Shown here piece after piece: positions 10,729 through 20,098 of a stretch of 64,000 nt of DNA. Positions within the stretch are counted from its first letter, which is position 1; the number at the start of each line of letters is the position of its first letter. The stretch is from Burkholderiaceae bacterium (GTDB lineage: Bacteria; Pseudomonadota; Gammaproteobacteria; Burkholderiales; Burkholderiaceae_C), in contig JBDHSJ010000001.1 in NCBI GenBank assembly GCA_039808065.1, positions 417-64,416 on the forward strand. Reading direction: 5' to 3'. The position numbers were made by a program, and so were the translations under genes. The notes below the pieces were generated by a model, which saw only the letters and a list, made by a program, of their open reading frames with translations, did not search any database and was not told the DNA's origin.

Positions 10729-12083
10729 TGTCCCTTTACACCCGCCTGGTCAGTGGCCTGCTGTTTCCGCTGCACGAACACCTGAAGCAGCATGACAGTG
10801 TGCGCATCCGTCGCGCGTTGGAGAAAAGCCAGTGGTGGACGCCGGAACAGCTGCAGACGCTGCAATGGCGGCGCCTGCAGGCGTTGTTGCGCGAAGCCGA
10901 ACAGGTGCCGTATTACCGGGATCGATTTGCCCGCGAAGGCGTGAACGAGAGCGAGCTGCGCGGGTTGCACGACCTGCCCCGCTTACCGCTGCTGACCAAG
11001 GCCGATATCCGTGCCCACGGCAATGAGCTGCGTCATCCGAAGGCGCGCGCCCTGGCGCGCTTCAACACCGGCGGCAGCTCGGGTGAACCGTTGGTGTTCT
11101 ACATTGGCAAAGAGCGGGTCAGCCACGACGTGGCCGCCAAGTGGCGCGCCACACGCTGGTGGGGAGTGGACTATGGTGACCGCGAACTGGTGGTCTGGGG
11201 CTCGCCGATCGAGCTAGGCCGCCAAGACAGGATCAAGGCCGTGCGTGACCGCCTGCTCCGCACAGCGTTGCTGCCGGCTTTCGAGATGAGCGAGGCCAAG
11301 CTGGATGGTTTCGTGGCCGAGATCCGGCGCCAGCGTCCTACCATGCTGTTTGGCTACCCCTCTGCGCTGAGCCTGATTGCTCGCCACGCCCAGGGTCGCG
11401 GTCAGCGCCTGGATGATTTGGGTATTAGGGTGGTGTTTGTGACCTCAGAGCGGCTTTATGAGGAACAACGCCGCGACATAGAACTGGGCTTTGGCGCGCC
11501 GGTGGCGAACGGCTACGGCGGCCGCGATGCCGGATTCATTGCCCACCAATGCCCGAGCGGCGGCATGCACTTGACAGCCGAGGACATCCTGGTCGAAACC
11601 GTGGATGCCGATGGCCGGCCGGTGCCCGAGGGCCAGGCCGGCGAGATCGTGGTGACGCACCTGGCCACACGCGATTACCCCTTCATCCGCTACCGGACCG
11701 GCGACGTGGCGGTGTTGGACTCGCACAGCCGCTGTGCCTGCGGGCGCGGGTTGCCGATGCTCAAGGAAATTCAGGGCCGCACCACCGATTTCGTGGTTGC
11801 TGCCGACGGCACTGTGATGCACGGCTTGGCGCTGATCTACATCATTCGGGATCTGCCCGGCGTGCGGCAATTCAAGATCGTGCAACACAGTCTGGAGGAG
11901 ACCGAGGTCTTCTTGGTGCTGGAGCCCGACTTCGACCGCGCCAGCCTGCCGGGCATCGTGCAGGGATTCCAGCGACGACTCGGCGCGGCCGTCAGGGTGA
12001 CGCTGCGTGAAGTCGAGGCCATCCCAGTCGAAGCCTCGGGCAAGTTTCGCTACGTGATCAGCAAGGTGAACCCGCGTGCGTGA
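10728..12083 (+). CDS. CapK-like / phenylacetate-CoA-ligase-family adenylating enzyme
   Basis: NTGGSSGEP loop, IRYRTGD, GRTTD and SGKFRY ANL motifs; EPS context. Confidence 0.8.
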   Translation: MSLYTRLVSGLLFPLHEHLKQHDSVRIRRALEKSQWWTPEQLQTLQWRRLQALLREAEQVPYYRDRFAREGVNESELRGLHDLPRLPLLTKADIRAHGNELRHPKARALARFNTGGSSGEPLVFYIGKERVSHDVAAKWRATRWWGVDYGDRELVVWGSPIELGRQDRIKAVRDRLLRTALLPAFEMSEAKLDGFVAEIRRQRPTMLFGYPSALSLIARHAQGRGQRLDDLGIRVVFVTSERLYEEQRRDIELGFGAPVANGYGGRDAGFIAHQCPSGGMHLTAEDILVETVDADGRPVPEGQAGEIVVTHLATRDYPFIRYRTGDVAVLDSHSRCACGRGLPMLKEIQGRTTDFVVAADGTVMHGLALIYIIRDLPGVRQFKIVQHSLEETEVFLVLEPDFDRASLPGIVQGFQRRLGAAVRVTLREVEAIPVEASGKFRYVISKVNPRA

Positions 12084-13398
12084 CCTGCTCGTCGTCAGCA
12101 TCGTGCTGCTGGCCGCCTTGGCCGCGCTGCGCCAACCCTGGATCGGTGTGCTGCTGTGGACTTGGCTCAGCATCATGAACCCGCACCGCTACACCTACGG
12201 CTTTGCCTATGACTTTCCGGTGGCCCTGCTGGCGGCGGTCAGCACGCTCATTGGCTTGCTTCTGACCACGCAACGTGACTCTCCGTTTGGCAAGGGCAGC
12301 CCGCCAATCTGGTTGATGCTCTTCATGGTCTGGATGACCCTTTCTTGGGTACTCGGCATGAGCCCGGCGGACGACTACCCACAGTGGGACAAAGTGATGA
12401 AGATCCTGGTCATGGTCATCGTCGCCGTGATGGTGGTGCGCAGCCAGGAGCAGATCTTTGCCTTCATGTGGGTGTGTGCGGGATCGATGGCGCTGATTGG
12501 CATCAAGGGCGGACTGTTCACCATCCTGACCGGCGGCAGCGACCGCGTGTATGGGCCGCCCGGATCGTTCATCCAGGAAAACAATTCGCTTGCCTTGGCC
12601 CTGGTGATGACCATTCCCCTGTTGCGCTTTCTGCAACTGCAGTTGCGCAACCGCTGGGGTCAGCGTGCCATGCTGGCGGCCATGGTCTTGCTGGCGGCCT
12701 CCGCGTTGGGCTCCCACTCCCGCGGTGGTCTGCTGGCCATGGGCGCAATGGCCGCGCTGATGTGGTGGCGCAGCCCCAACCGGGGGTCCATGGGTGCCGT
12801 ACTGGTGGTTGCGGGCATTGCCCTCGTGACCTTCATGCCGGACAACTGGTCCAATCGCATGTCCACCATCGAGACCTATGACGCTGACGCGTCGGCAATG
12901 GGCCGCATTGCGGCATGGTGGACTGCCTGGAATCTGGCCTTCGATCACATCTTCGGAGTTGGCTTCAATGCGGCTCGTCCTGAGCTGTTCATACGCTATT
13001 CGCCCTATGGTCTGCAGTTCGGTACGCCGGCCGCGCACAGCGTCTACTTCCAGATCCTCGGGCACCATGGCTTCATTGGCCTGTTCTTTTGGCTAGGCAT
13101 ATGGGTTAGCGCCTGGCGCCTGGCGACGCGCATCCGCACTCTGGCGGCCACAGTCCCCGAAGCCCGCTGGTGCGTAGATCTGGCCAACATGGCCCAGGTG
13201 TCCATGTTTGGCTACTTCGTCGGCGGGGCTTTCCTGAGCCTGGCCTATTTCGATCTGCCCTACAACGTCATGATCTGCTTGGTCATGGTCTACGCATGGC
13301 TGCAGCGCAAGGCATGGCTGGTGGAGCGGCCGGCCGTCCGCGGGCGCTTTCTGCGCATCCCAGGTATCAGCTATCTGCAGAAGAGGAAGCGGGCATGA
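12076..13398 (+). CDS. Putative O-glycosylation ligase / Wzy-like protein, XrtA-associated (TIGR03097-like)
   Basis: Many TM segments, MNPHR N-terminus, SHSRGG, SAMGRI and AHSVYFQILGHHG Wzy_C motifs. Confidence 0.85.
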   Translation: MRDLLVVSIVLLAALAALRQPWIGVLLWTWLSIMNPHRYTYGFAYDFPVALLAAVSTLIGLLLTTQRDSPFGKGSPPIWLMLFMVWMTLSWVLGMSPADDYPQWDKVMKILVMVIVAVMVVRSQEQIFAFMWVCAGSMALIGIKGGLFTILTGGSDRVYGPPGSFIQENNSLALALVMTIPLLRFLQLQLRNRWGQRAMLAAMVLLAASALGSHSRGGLLAMGAMAALMWWRSPNRGSMGAVLVVAGIALVTFMPDNWSNRMSTIETYDADASAMGRIAAWWTAWNLAFDHIFGVGFNAARPELFIRYSPYGLQFGTPAAHSVYFQILGHHGFIGLFFWLGIWVSAWRLATRIRTLAATVPEARWCVDLANMAQVSMFGYFVGGAFLSLAYFDLPYNVMICLVMVYAWLQRKAWLVERPAVRGRFLRIPGISYLQKRKRA

Positions 13399-14378
13399 GG
13401 CTGGGTGATGCAGCCCTACGGGGGCTCTGGCAACTGGCATCCGGGCGCGGGTCTCAGGCGCGACTGTCGGTACTGACCTTCCATCGTGTGACCGAGTTGC
13501 CCGATCCACTGTTCCCCGGTGAGATGCATGCTGAACGCTTCGATCGGCTGTGCGCCATCTTGGCCCGCACCGCCAACGTGCTGCCGCTCGACGAGGCAGT
13601 GCGTCTGCTGTGCGCGGGCCGCCTGCCAGCACGGGCGCTGAGCATCAGCTTCGATGACGGCTATGCCGACAACCACGATCAAGCGCTGCCCATCCTGCGG
13701 CGCCATGGCCTGTGTGCGACCTTCTTCATCAGCACGGGCTTCATTGGCGGTGGTTGCATGTGGAACGACCGTGTAATCGAGGCTGTCCGGCGCGCCCGCG
13801 TGAACGAGCTCGATCTGGAAGACTGGCAGCTCGGGCGCATCGGTCTACCTCACATCGAGGCTCGGCGCGCGGCGATTGCAACCCTGCTGCGCGCGTTCAA
13901 GTACATGCCGCTGGAACAGCGGCTTGCGCGTTGCACCGCCTTGGCCGAGCGTGCCGGTGTTGCCCTGCCCGATGACTTGATGATGAGCTGGTCTCAAGTC
14001 TGTGCCCTAGCTGAGCAAGGCATGCAGATTGGCGCGCACACTGTCGACCATCCCATTCTTGCCACGCTCAGTGATGAGCAAGTCGGCGCTCAGATCGCAG
14101 GCAGCAAGGCCGAGCTTGAGCGGCAGCTCGGGCAGTCGGTGACCTTGTTCGCCTATCCAAATGGACGCTGGGGTCAGGATGTTGATGAGCGGGTCGTCAG
14201 TTTGCTGAGGCCCATGGGCTTTGCCGCCGCCGTCACGACTGAGGCTGGCGCGGCCCGGCATGACTGTGACCCCTTGCGCATTCCGCGCTTTACCCCGTGG
14301 GATGAGCACCCACGACGATTTGTGCTGCGCCTGGCGCTCAACTGCTGGCAGCGCCGGCGTGCGGGGCTATCGGACTGA
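13395..14378 (+). CDS. Polysaccharide deacetylase (NodB/CE4 family)
   Basis: SFDDGYAD, GAHTVDHP, FAYPNG; ATG 13395 overlaps the upstream stop. Confidence 0.88.
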   Translation: MRLGDAALRGLWQLASGRGSQARLSVLTFHRVTELPDPLFPGEMHAERFDRLCAILARTANVLPLDEAVRLLCAGRLPARALSISFDDGYADNHDQALPILRRHGLCATFFISTGFIGGGCMWNDRVIEAVRRARVNELDLEDWQLGRIGLPHIEARRAAIATLLRAFKYMPLEQRLARCTALAERAGVALPDDLMMSWSQVCALAEQGMQIGAHTVDHPILATLSDEQVGAQIAGSKAELERQLGQSVTLFAYPNGRWGQDVDERVVSLLRPMGFAAAVTTEAGAARHDCDPLRIPRFTPWDEHPRRFVLRLALNCWQRRRAGLSD

Positions 14379-14616
14379 CCCGAAGGCACGGTTTTGTCAG
14401 TGCGACTTCTCCAGAGTTTTGAGCGGTCAAGCAGACGAGAGTGATATTGGCGATGGCAAAACGGGTTGGACCCGCCCTTCCAAGGTGGCCAAGTCTGGAA
14501 TCTTCGCGGACACCAGGGCGCCGCGGTCAGTTAGTCCGAAGGACCCCTACCGGGGCTGAGGAACCTGCACTGCGCCGTGAAGCAGCGTCGGTGTCGCCAG
14601 CGTGCGCGCTACAGGT

Positions 14617-16338
14617 TCAAGCCTTCCAGCTGGCGTGGGGCGCATGCGCGCGCAACCACTGCTCAGCCATCATCAGGATCCAGACCATCTCGCCGTAATA
14701 GCCAGGGTGTGCGGGCAGGTGGTGGGTCAGCAGGGTGTCGACAAAGTCGCCCCGCACGAAACCGCGACTTGCCAAGCTGCGCACCGATTCGCGTGCCAAT
14801 GCGCCCAAGCCCGCATGCTGGACCGCCCACACGCCAAAGGGCAGGCCGAAGCCGTGTTTGCTCTTGGTCAGGATCGCATCCGGCAAGAATCCGCGCAAAG
14901 CGTTCTTGAAGAACCAGCGCAGTTTGAGTCCGCGCAGTTTCAGCGCCGGGTGTAGGCGCAGCGAGAAGTCGAGCAGGTCGTCGCTGAGTAGCGGGAACCC
15001 CACCGATAGACCGGCCAGGCCCGCGCTTCCCACCACCTTGGGCAGATCGCTGTCAGCCAGCGTGAAACGCCAATCGAACGCCAACGTGCGATTGAGCTCG
15101 CCCGCATCCGTCACTTCGTTCCAGACGATTTCCTGTAGGCGTGCTGGACCTTGTGTGTCGATGCGGGCGAGGAAATCAGCGCTCAACACCTCCGTGACGC
15201 CCAGGCGCAGCAGGAGGTTGTACATATTGAGGCGCCCCGGCATGGGGACCCGTGCCTGCTCGACGTAGCTGGCGGCCTTGCGCGCACCGGGCAAACGTCC
15301 AAAGGGTGAGCCGAGCAGCAAGGGCTCAAGCAGCCCACTGCGCAGGAATCCGGGCACACCTTGGTACCAGCCGAACACCTTCTGCTTGGCATAGCGCGCG
15401 TTGCCCCCGAAGAGTTCGTCGCCACCGTCCCCAGCCAGCAGGCGGCTCACCCCATCCGCGCGGGCGCGGTGGGCGCAGATGAAGGCGGGCAGCACGGAGG
15501 AGTTGCCGAATGGCTGGTCGTAATGAGCTGCCACCGCAGGAATGTGAGCGAGTAGCTCGTCCGGTGTCACATAGTGCTCGTGGTGCTCGACACCGAACTG
15601 ACGCGCGGCAATGCGCGCGTACTCCATCTCGTCGTAACCCGCGGCTTCAAATCCGATCGAATACGCCTTCGGAGCAGCCTTGCTCATTCGGGCCAACATG
15701 CCGGCCACGGTGGAGCTGTCGGTGCCGCCACTCAGAAAGCAGGCGGGTGTGCTGCCGTCCAGCTCGGCCCGCACACCCTCCTCGATAAGGCTTAGGAAGC
15801 GCTCGCGCAGCTCCGGCAGTGAGCCTCGTTCATGCTCTTCGAAATGCGGCGTCCAGTACCGCTGCACCCGCAGCCCCTGATCAGCGCACCAGCTCAGGCA
15901 ATGGGCGGCGGGTAGGCGCCGCACCTCGGAAAACACGGTTTCGGGTGCCGGAATGGCGTGAAAGAACAGGTAGCTGAACAATGCCTGCGCGGAAAGCGCG
16001 GCGTCAGGCTGCACCAGCTCCGTTGCTTGGCTGGCAAATGTCACCCCCTGCGCGGTCTGTCGCCAGCACATCGGCAGGCTGCCAAAGCGGTCCACCGCCA
16101 GGCGCACCGAGCCATCGCTGCGGCGCAGGCCAACCGCAAAGCGGCCGCGCACCTGTGCCAGGGCGTCCAACTCTGCGCCACCAAGTGCCGCCCTCCAGGC
16201 TGCCTCGACCCCTTCGGTTTGGGCCAGCCTGGCCCAGGGACTGGCGCTGAAATCGGGGCGGCCGAAGCAGATCAGCTGGTTGGGTTCGGGTGTCATGGAG
16301 AGTGATGCGGCAACGGGGGGCGGAAGTATCCCGGACAC
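14617..16338 (-). CDS. Asparagine-synthase-related amide ligase lacking the Ntn Cys1 (start may be 16296)
   Basis: DRFG, LSGGTDSS, GDGGDELFGG and KHGFGLP synthetase motifs; no N-terminal MCG. Confidence 0.82.
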   Translation of the reverse strand: MSGILPPPVAASLSMTPEPNQLICFGRPDFSASPWARLAQTEGVEAAWRAALGGAELDALAQVRGRFAVGLRRSDGSVRLAVDRFGSLPMCWRQTAQGVTFASQATELVQPDAALSAQALFSYLFFHAIPAPETVFSEVRRLPAAHCLSWCADQGLRVQRYWTPHFEEHERGSLPELRERFLSLIEEGVRAELDGSTPACFLSGGTDSSTVAGMLARMSKAAPKAYSIGFEAAGYDEMEYARIAARQFGVEHHEHYVTPDELLAHIPAVAAHYDQPFGNSSVLPAFICAHRARADGVSRLLAGDGGDELFGGNARYAKQKVFGWYQGVPGFLRSGLLEPLLLGSPFGRLPGARKAASYVEQARVPMPGRLNMYNLLLRLGVTEVLSADFLARIDTQGPARLQEIVWNEVTDAGELNRTLAFDWRFTLADSDLPKVVGSAGLAGLSVGFPLLSDDLLDFSLRLHPALKLRGLKLRWFFKNALRGFLPDAILTKSKHGFGLPFGVWAVQHAGLGALARESVRSLASRGFVRGDFVDTLLTHHLPAHPGYYGEMVWILMMAEQWLRAHAPHASWKA

Positions 16339-16384
16339 GGCTCGCCTCGAAGGCCGGGAGGCCCGCAGGCAGGGGGCTGCGAGC

Positions 16385-17581
16385 CTATGCAGCGCGCCCG
16401 CGCACCCAGTCTTCGAGGCGATGACCCAGATTGCGGAATCGGGCCCGCCACTGATCGGTGGCGGTCCAGCGTGGCAGGGGAGGCGGCAGGTCCGTCAGGC
16501 GGCGGTACTGCGCCAGATAGCGGTCTGGCAGGCCGGACAGGTCAAAGTCGCGCACCGCCACGGCCCGGCCTCGCTGCCCCAATGCACGCAGGGATTCAGG
16601 ACTGTGGCGCGCCAGCACTTCGGCCAGGGCGCCGCGTCGCGCCATGTCGACAAACTCACCCTCCTGCACGATCAGGCGTTGATTCGGGTGGCGGGTGCAG
16701 AACACCGGGAGCCCCATGGCCATGGCCTCGATGTAAACGATGCCGAAGGTTTCGAAGAGGGAGCCCAGGACAAAGGCATCGGCCGCTGCGTAATAGGCAG
16801 GCAGATCGCCGTGGGCCGCTCGTCGGAAGCTGACTCGCTCCCCCAGGCGGCTGCGGCCAAGGGAGCGAATCGCATCGCTTTCGCCGGATTCCTGACCCAC
16901 GATGAGCAGATGCCAATCGGGCAATTGCACGAACTCCTCGATCAGGTGATCCATGCGTTTGTGATGATGGCAGATCGTGCCCACGCTGATGGCCACTCTG
17001 CTGCACTGAGGCGCAATGCCCAACTCGGCACGGCTCAAGGCGGGCACCCCAGGCCGAAAGCGTTGCAGATCCACTCCATGCGGAATCATGAAGGCCTTGT
17101 CGCGGGCTGAGTAACGCCGGTTGTATTCAGTGTGTTCCTGCACAGCGTCACAGGGCGGCAGATCGCGGGCCGGAATGGCACCCCCATTGGAAAAGAGCAG
17201 GCGCGGCGGTCGTTCGAACAGATGCCGCTCGCGGTGAAGGACTGCGCAGACCTCGCGTTCCAGGCAATGAATGACGTCATAGCCGCCCTCCATCAAGGGC
17301 TGCAGCGCGGCATAGGCAAAGGTTTCGGCCTCAATGCGGTGCCGCTCCTGCTCCCGCACCGCATCTGCCCAGCGAGGGTTGGCCTTGGGGTGGACATGGG
17401 CCAGCAACGGGGAGTTGCGCGGGAGGCAGGGCACAACGATTTCACCCTGTCCGGCAGGGCCCCCGCCTTTGAAAAGGGTGTAGTCGCAGCGCTCGCGCAG
17501 CATGGCAAACAACTGGGTAGCAAAGGTTTCGTGGCCACGCAATACATGACCAAGTCCTGAGCAGAGCAGTGCGATTTTCAT
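16385..17581 (-). CDS. GT4 glycosyltransferase
   Basis: PHGVDL, HKRMDH, ETFGIVYIEAMAMG. Confidence 0.85.
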   Translation of the reverse strand: MKIALLCSGLGHVLRGHETFATQLFAMLRERCDYTLFKGGGPAGQGEIVVPCLPRNSPLLAHVHPKANPRWADAVREQERHRIEAETFAYAALQPLMEGGYDVIHCLEREVCAVLHRERHLFERPPRLLFSNGGAIPARDLPPCDAVQEHTEYNRRYSARDKAFMIPHGVDLQRFRPGVPALSRAELGIAPQCSRVAISVGTICHHHKRMDHLIEEFVQLPDWHLLIVGQESGESDAIRSLGRSRLGERVSFRRAAHGDLPAYYAAADAFVLGSLFETFGIVYIEAMAMGLPVFCTRHPNQRLIVQEGEFVDMARRGALAEVLARHSPESLRALGQRGRAVAVRDFDLSGLPDRYLAQYRRLTDLPPPLPRWTATDQWRARFRNLGHRLEDWVRGRAA

Positions 17582-17791
17582 TTTCTTCGAGCGCTGTGGG
17601 ACCGATGGGAAGCAGCGTCAGGCCGCATGAGAGAGCGCCATGCAATGGCGCTGGGGGTGCGTAGCAAACTGACCTCGCAGGCAGTTGGCCAAGGTGGCTC
17701 AGGCGAGCCCTTCGAACCTACGGTTCCCAGGGCTTACAACCCTTCTCGAACCGCTGGCTACCTGATCTGAGCCGCTTGAAGTGGCAGATGT

Positions 17792-20098
17792 TCAAGTTGA
17801 ATGCTTCTGCTTGTTGAACGCGGCAGCTGAACCTACCGGCCGACTGGACTCCAGGATTGTCCGGAATACGGCGGCGCACGCAGCTTCGTTGCGATCTGGC
17901 ATGGCACGTTCCATGCGCTCGCAGTACTGGGAGCTTGGGTGGAGCCCTTCGCAACCAAAGGCGTGGAGCGCAGTCAAGAGCTCTTCGGCATCGCGCGCCA
18001 CGGGGCCGAAGCCATGATCGTCATAGCTGAAATAACCGGGACGCCAGTTGTGGGCGCCGCCGTAAAACTCAGCACGGTCGGGCTGGTAGTAGAAGACGGA
18101 GCGCCGTAGCAGTGCGAACTCGAAGGCCACCGAGGTGTAGTCGGTGACCAGCCCACAGCATTGCACCAACAGCGGCTGAAATCGGTCTTGGCCGGCGCGG
18201 AACACCTCAAACTCGGAGGGCAGCTCAAGGGCATCAAGCACCGGAACCAGATTGGCGTGTGCCATGAACCCAAGCCGCACGCCTGTTTGTCGCGCCCAAT
18301 CCAGAAGACCCGGGTGCTTCAGCACCAGACGCCAGTTGTGAGCGAACTCCGAAGCCCGCACGAGACTCATGCGTTCCTCCTTGCTCAGATCTCCGCTGCG
18401 TTCGTCAAACAGGCTTGCGCGCCACGTGGGCATGAACAACAGCAGAGGTGGCTTGTTCACCTCACTGGGTTTCGCTGCCAGTGCCAGGAGTGCGTCCTGG
18501 CGAGGCAAGCCCAAACAGAAGGCGTCCTGCCGCATATAGCGGTACGGGCTGAAATCGCTCACGATGGATTCGAGTTCAGCCGGACTGGCCACGAAGAAGC
18601 TGGCGAATGGTTCGGCGTTCAGCCAGTTCGATGCGTCGTCCTTGTTGACGCCATGGCAAACGAAGTGGTAGCTGAACCGCATGCGCTCGCCGTGGACCTC
18701 CGGGGCCAGACTGAAATACTGCCCGGCATGCGAGGACACCAAGTGCTCGCAGTTCAGCGCCAGCAACCGCGCCGGCAGACCGGGGTGCACCAGACGAAAA
18801 CCCTCCGCCGCCAAGCGGCGTCCATCCGCCGAACCTGGATCCAGCACGAACCAGGCATTGATTTCAGGATGGTGTTTGCGCACCCAGCGATACAGGTGCT
18901 CGGCACTGTCGTCGGCATCTCCCTCGCGGTCAGTAAACAGCCAGGCCCGGCGATAGCGCCAGCTCATCAGCCTGGCCAGTCCGCGCAGCAGACGGGCTTT
19001 CAGGCCGGTCCGGTTCCAGCCCAAGGGGCGTTGACGGTCGGCCAGATTGCGATACAGCTCGGTTGGCAGCCTTGCCAAGTCAAGGGACGGTGCGGCGTCA
19101 AGCGCGTGCCTGCGGCTGAGTATTCGCAGCGAGGTGGCTTCGCCATTGCGGGCCAGGGTGAGCCGGCCTTGCGGTGGTAGGGCGAGCCAGACAATGCGCT
19201 GGTACAACTGGACCCGCTGGAACAATTTGCAGCTGCGGGTCTTGTGCGCGTGGGGCTCGATGCGGTGGCCATCCAGGCACCAGACTTCCTGCGATTCACT
19301 GGAGCGGATCCAATAGCTTAAGCGCAGCAGACCCCGGCGCAGGTTGCGCTCGTCGACCCAAACTGGACTGGGCGCTGGCCAGTCGGCGTAAGCCAGCAGT
19401 GCCTGGGCCGCTTCGTCATAAAGCTCGGTCAACTCGGCGTGACTTGCGGGGCCCAGGGCGCGGGCCAAATTGGCCAGGCGCTGGCGTAAGGGTTCCAACT
19501 GCTCGGGTCGTTGTGAAATCAGTGGCGTGCCGGGTTTGAGCTCGGTGCGGAGGTAGTGCAAGAGATGCTGGGAGATCGCCTGGCGCAGCCACTCGTGGGG
19601 CTGCGGCCCCCGCAGCAAGTTGAGCCAGCGGTCCAGCCGCAGGCTGTAGCTGTCATCGGCACGCCAATCAGGAGTGCCGGGCTGCCAGGCCGGCAGGCCC
19701 TTGAAGGGCCACCAGCAGTGGCTATGCCCCGCTTGCAGCAGCGCCCAGAGTCGACACTCAGCTTCATCTTGCGGCCTGAGTTGCGCCTCGCCGGCACTTT
19801 CAAACTCACGCAGCGCGGCAAGCTGGATGGCGCAGCAATCCCAGCGCGGGATGTCGGATTGCTCGCCGGGCGCGCAAGCCAGCACGATGTGCGGCAGGTC
19901 ACGTTGAGGACCGCGCCAATGGCGAAACCTCTCAAGCAGTGCATCAAGGGGGCCCGGAGCCTCAGGAGCGCGCTGAAACGCCACCCAGTCGGTCTGGACA
20001 GTTTCCAGCGCCTGCTGCAGGCTGCTGAATTGGCGAGCCGGGGCGCCAACGACCTGCACCGAGTCTGTGCCGAGTCGCAGCAATGTCAGCTCATTCAC
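17792..20098 (-). CDS. TagF-like CDP-glycerol/polyol glycerophosphotransferase with a long divergent N-terminal region
   Basis: ADDSAEHLY, LVSSH, FVCHGV, GLPRQD, FMPTWR and LVTDYTSVAFEF motifs of the TagF GT-B fold. Confidence 0.8.
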   Translation of the reverse strand: MNELTLLRLGTDSVQVVGAPARQFSSLQQALETVQTDWVAFQRAPEAPGPLDALLERFRHWRGPQRDLPHIVLACAPGEQSDIPRWDCCAIQLAALREFESAGEAQLRPQDEAECRLWALLQAGHSHCWWPFKGLPAWQPGTPDWRADDSYSLRLDRWLNLLRGPQPHEWLRQAISQHLLHYLRTELKPGTPLISQRPEQLEPLRQRLANLARALGPASHAELTELYDEAAQALLAYADWPAPSPVWVDERNLRRGLLRLSYWIRSSESQEVWCLDGHRIEPHAHKTRSCKLFQRVQLYQRIVWLALPPQGRLTLARNGEATSLRILSRRHALDAAPSLDLARLPTELYRNLADRQRPLGWNRTGLKARLLRGLARLMSWRYRRAWLFTDREGDADDSAEHLYRWVRKHHPEINAWFVLDPGSADGRRLAAEGFRLVHPGLPARLLALNCEHLVSSHAGQYFSLAPEVHGERMRFSYHFVCHGVNKDDASNWLNAEPFASFFVASPAELESIVSDFSPYRYMRQDAFCLGLPRQDALLALAAKPSEVNKPPLLLFMPTWRASLFDERSGDLSKEERMSLVRASEFAHNWRLVLKHPGLLDWARQTGVRLGFMAHANLVPVLDALELPSEFEVFRAGQDRFQPLLVQCCGLVTDYTSVAFEFALLRRSVFYYQPDRAEFYGGAHNWRPGYFSYDDHGFGPVARDAEELLTALHAFGCEGLHPSSQYCERMERAMPDRNEAACAAVFRTILESSRPVGSAAAFNKQKHST

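Noticed and set aside
14440-14560. GGCAAAAC plus hairpins suggesting a c-di-GMP-I riboswitch
   Set aside because: Lacks the GAAA loop and GACGCAAAG core, and lies between convergent genes with nothing downstream to regulate.
17634-17652. Perfect 8-bp inverted repeat AGCGCCAT-GCA-ATGGCGCT in the tagF-GT4 gap
   Set aside because: Single short hairpin with no U-tract and no second copy noticed; function cannot be supported.
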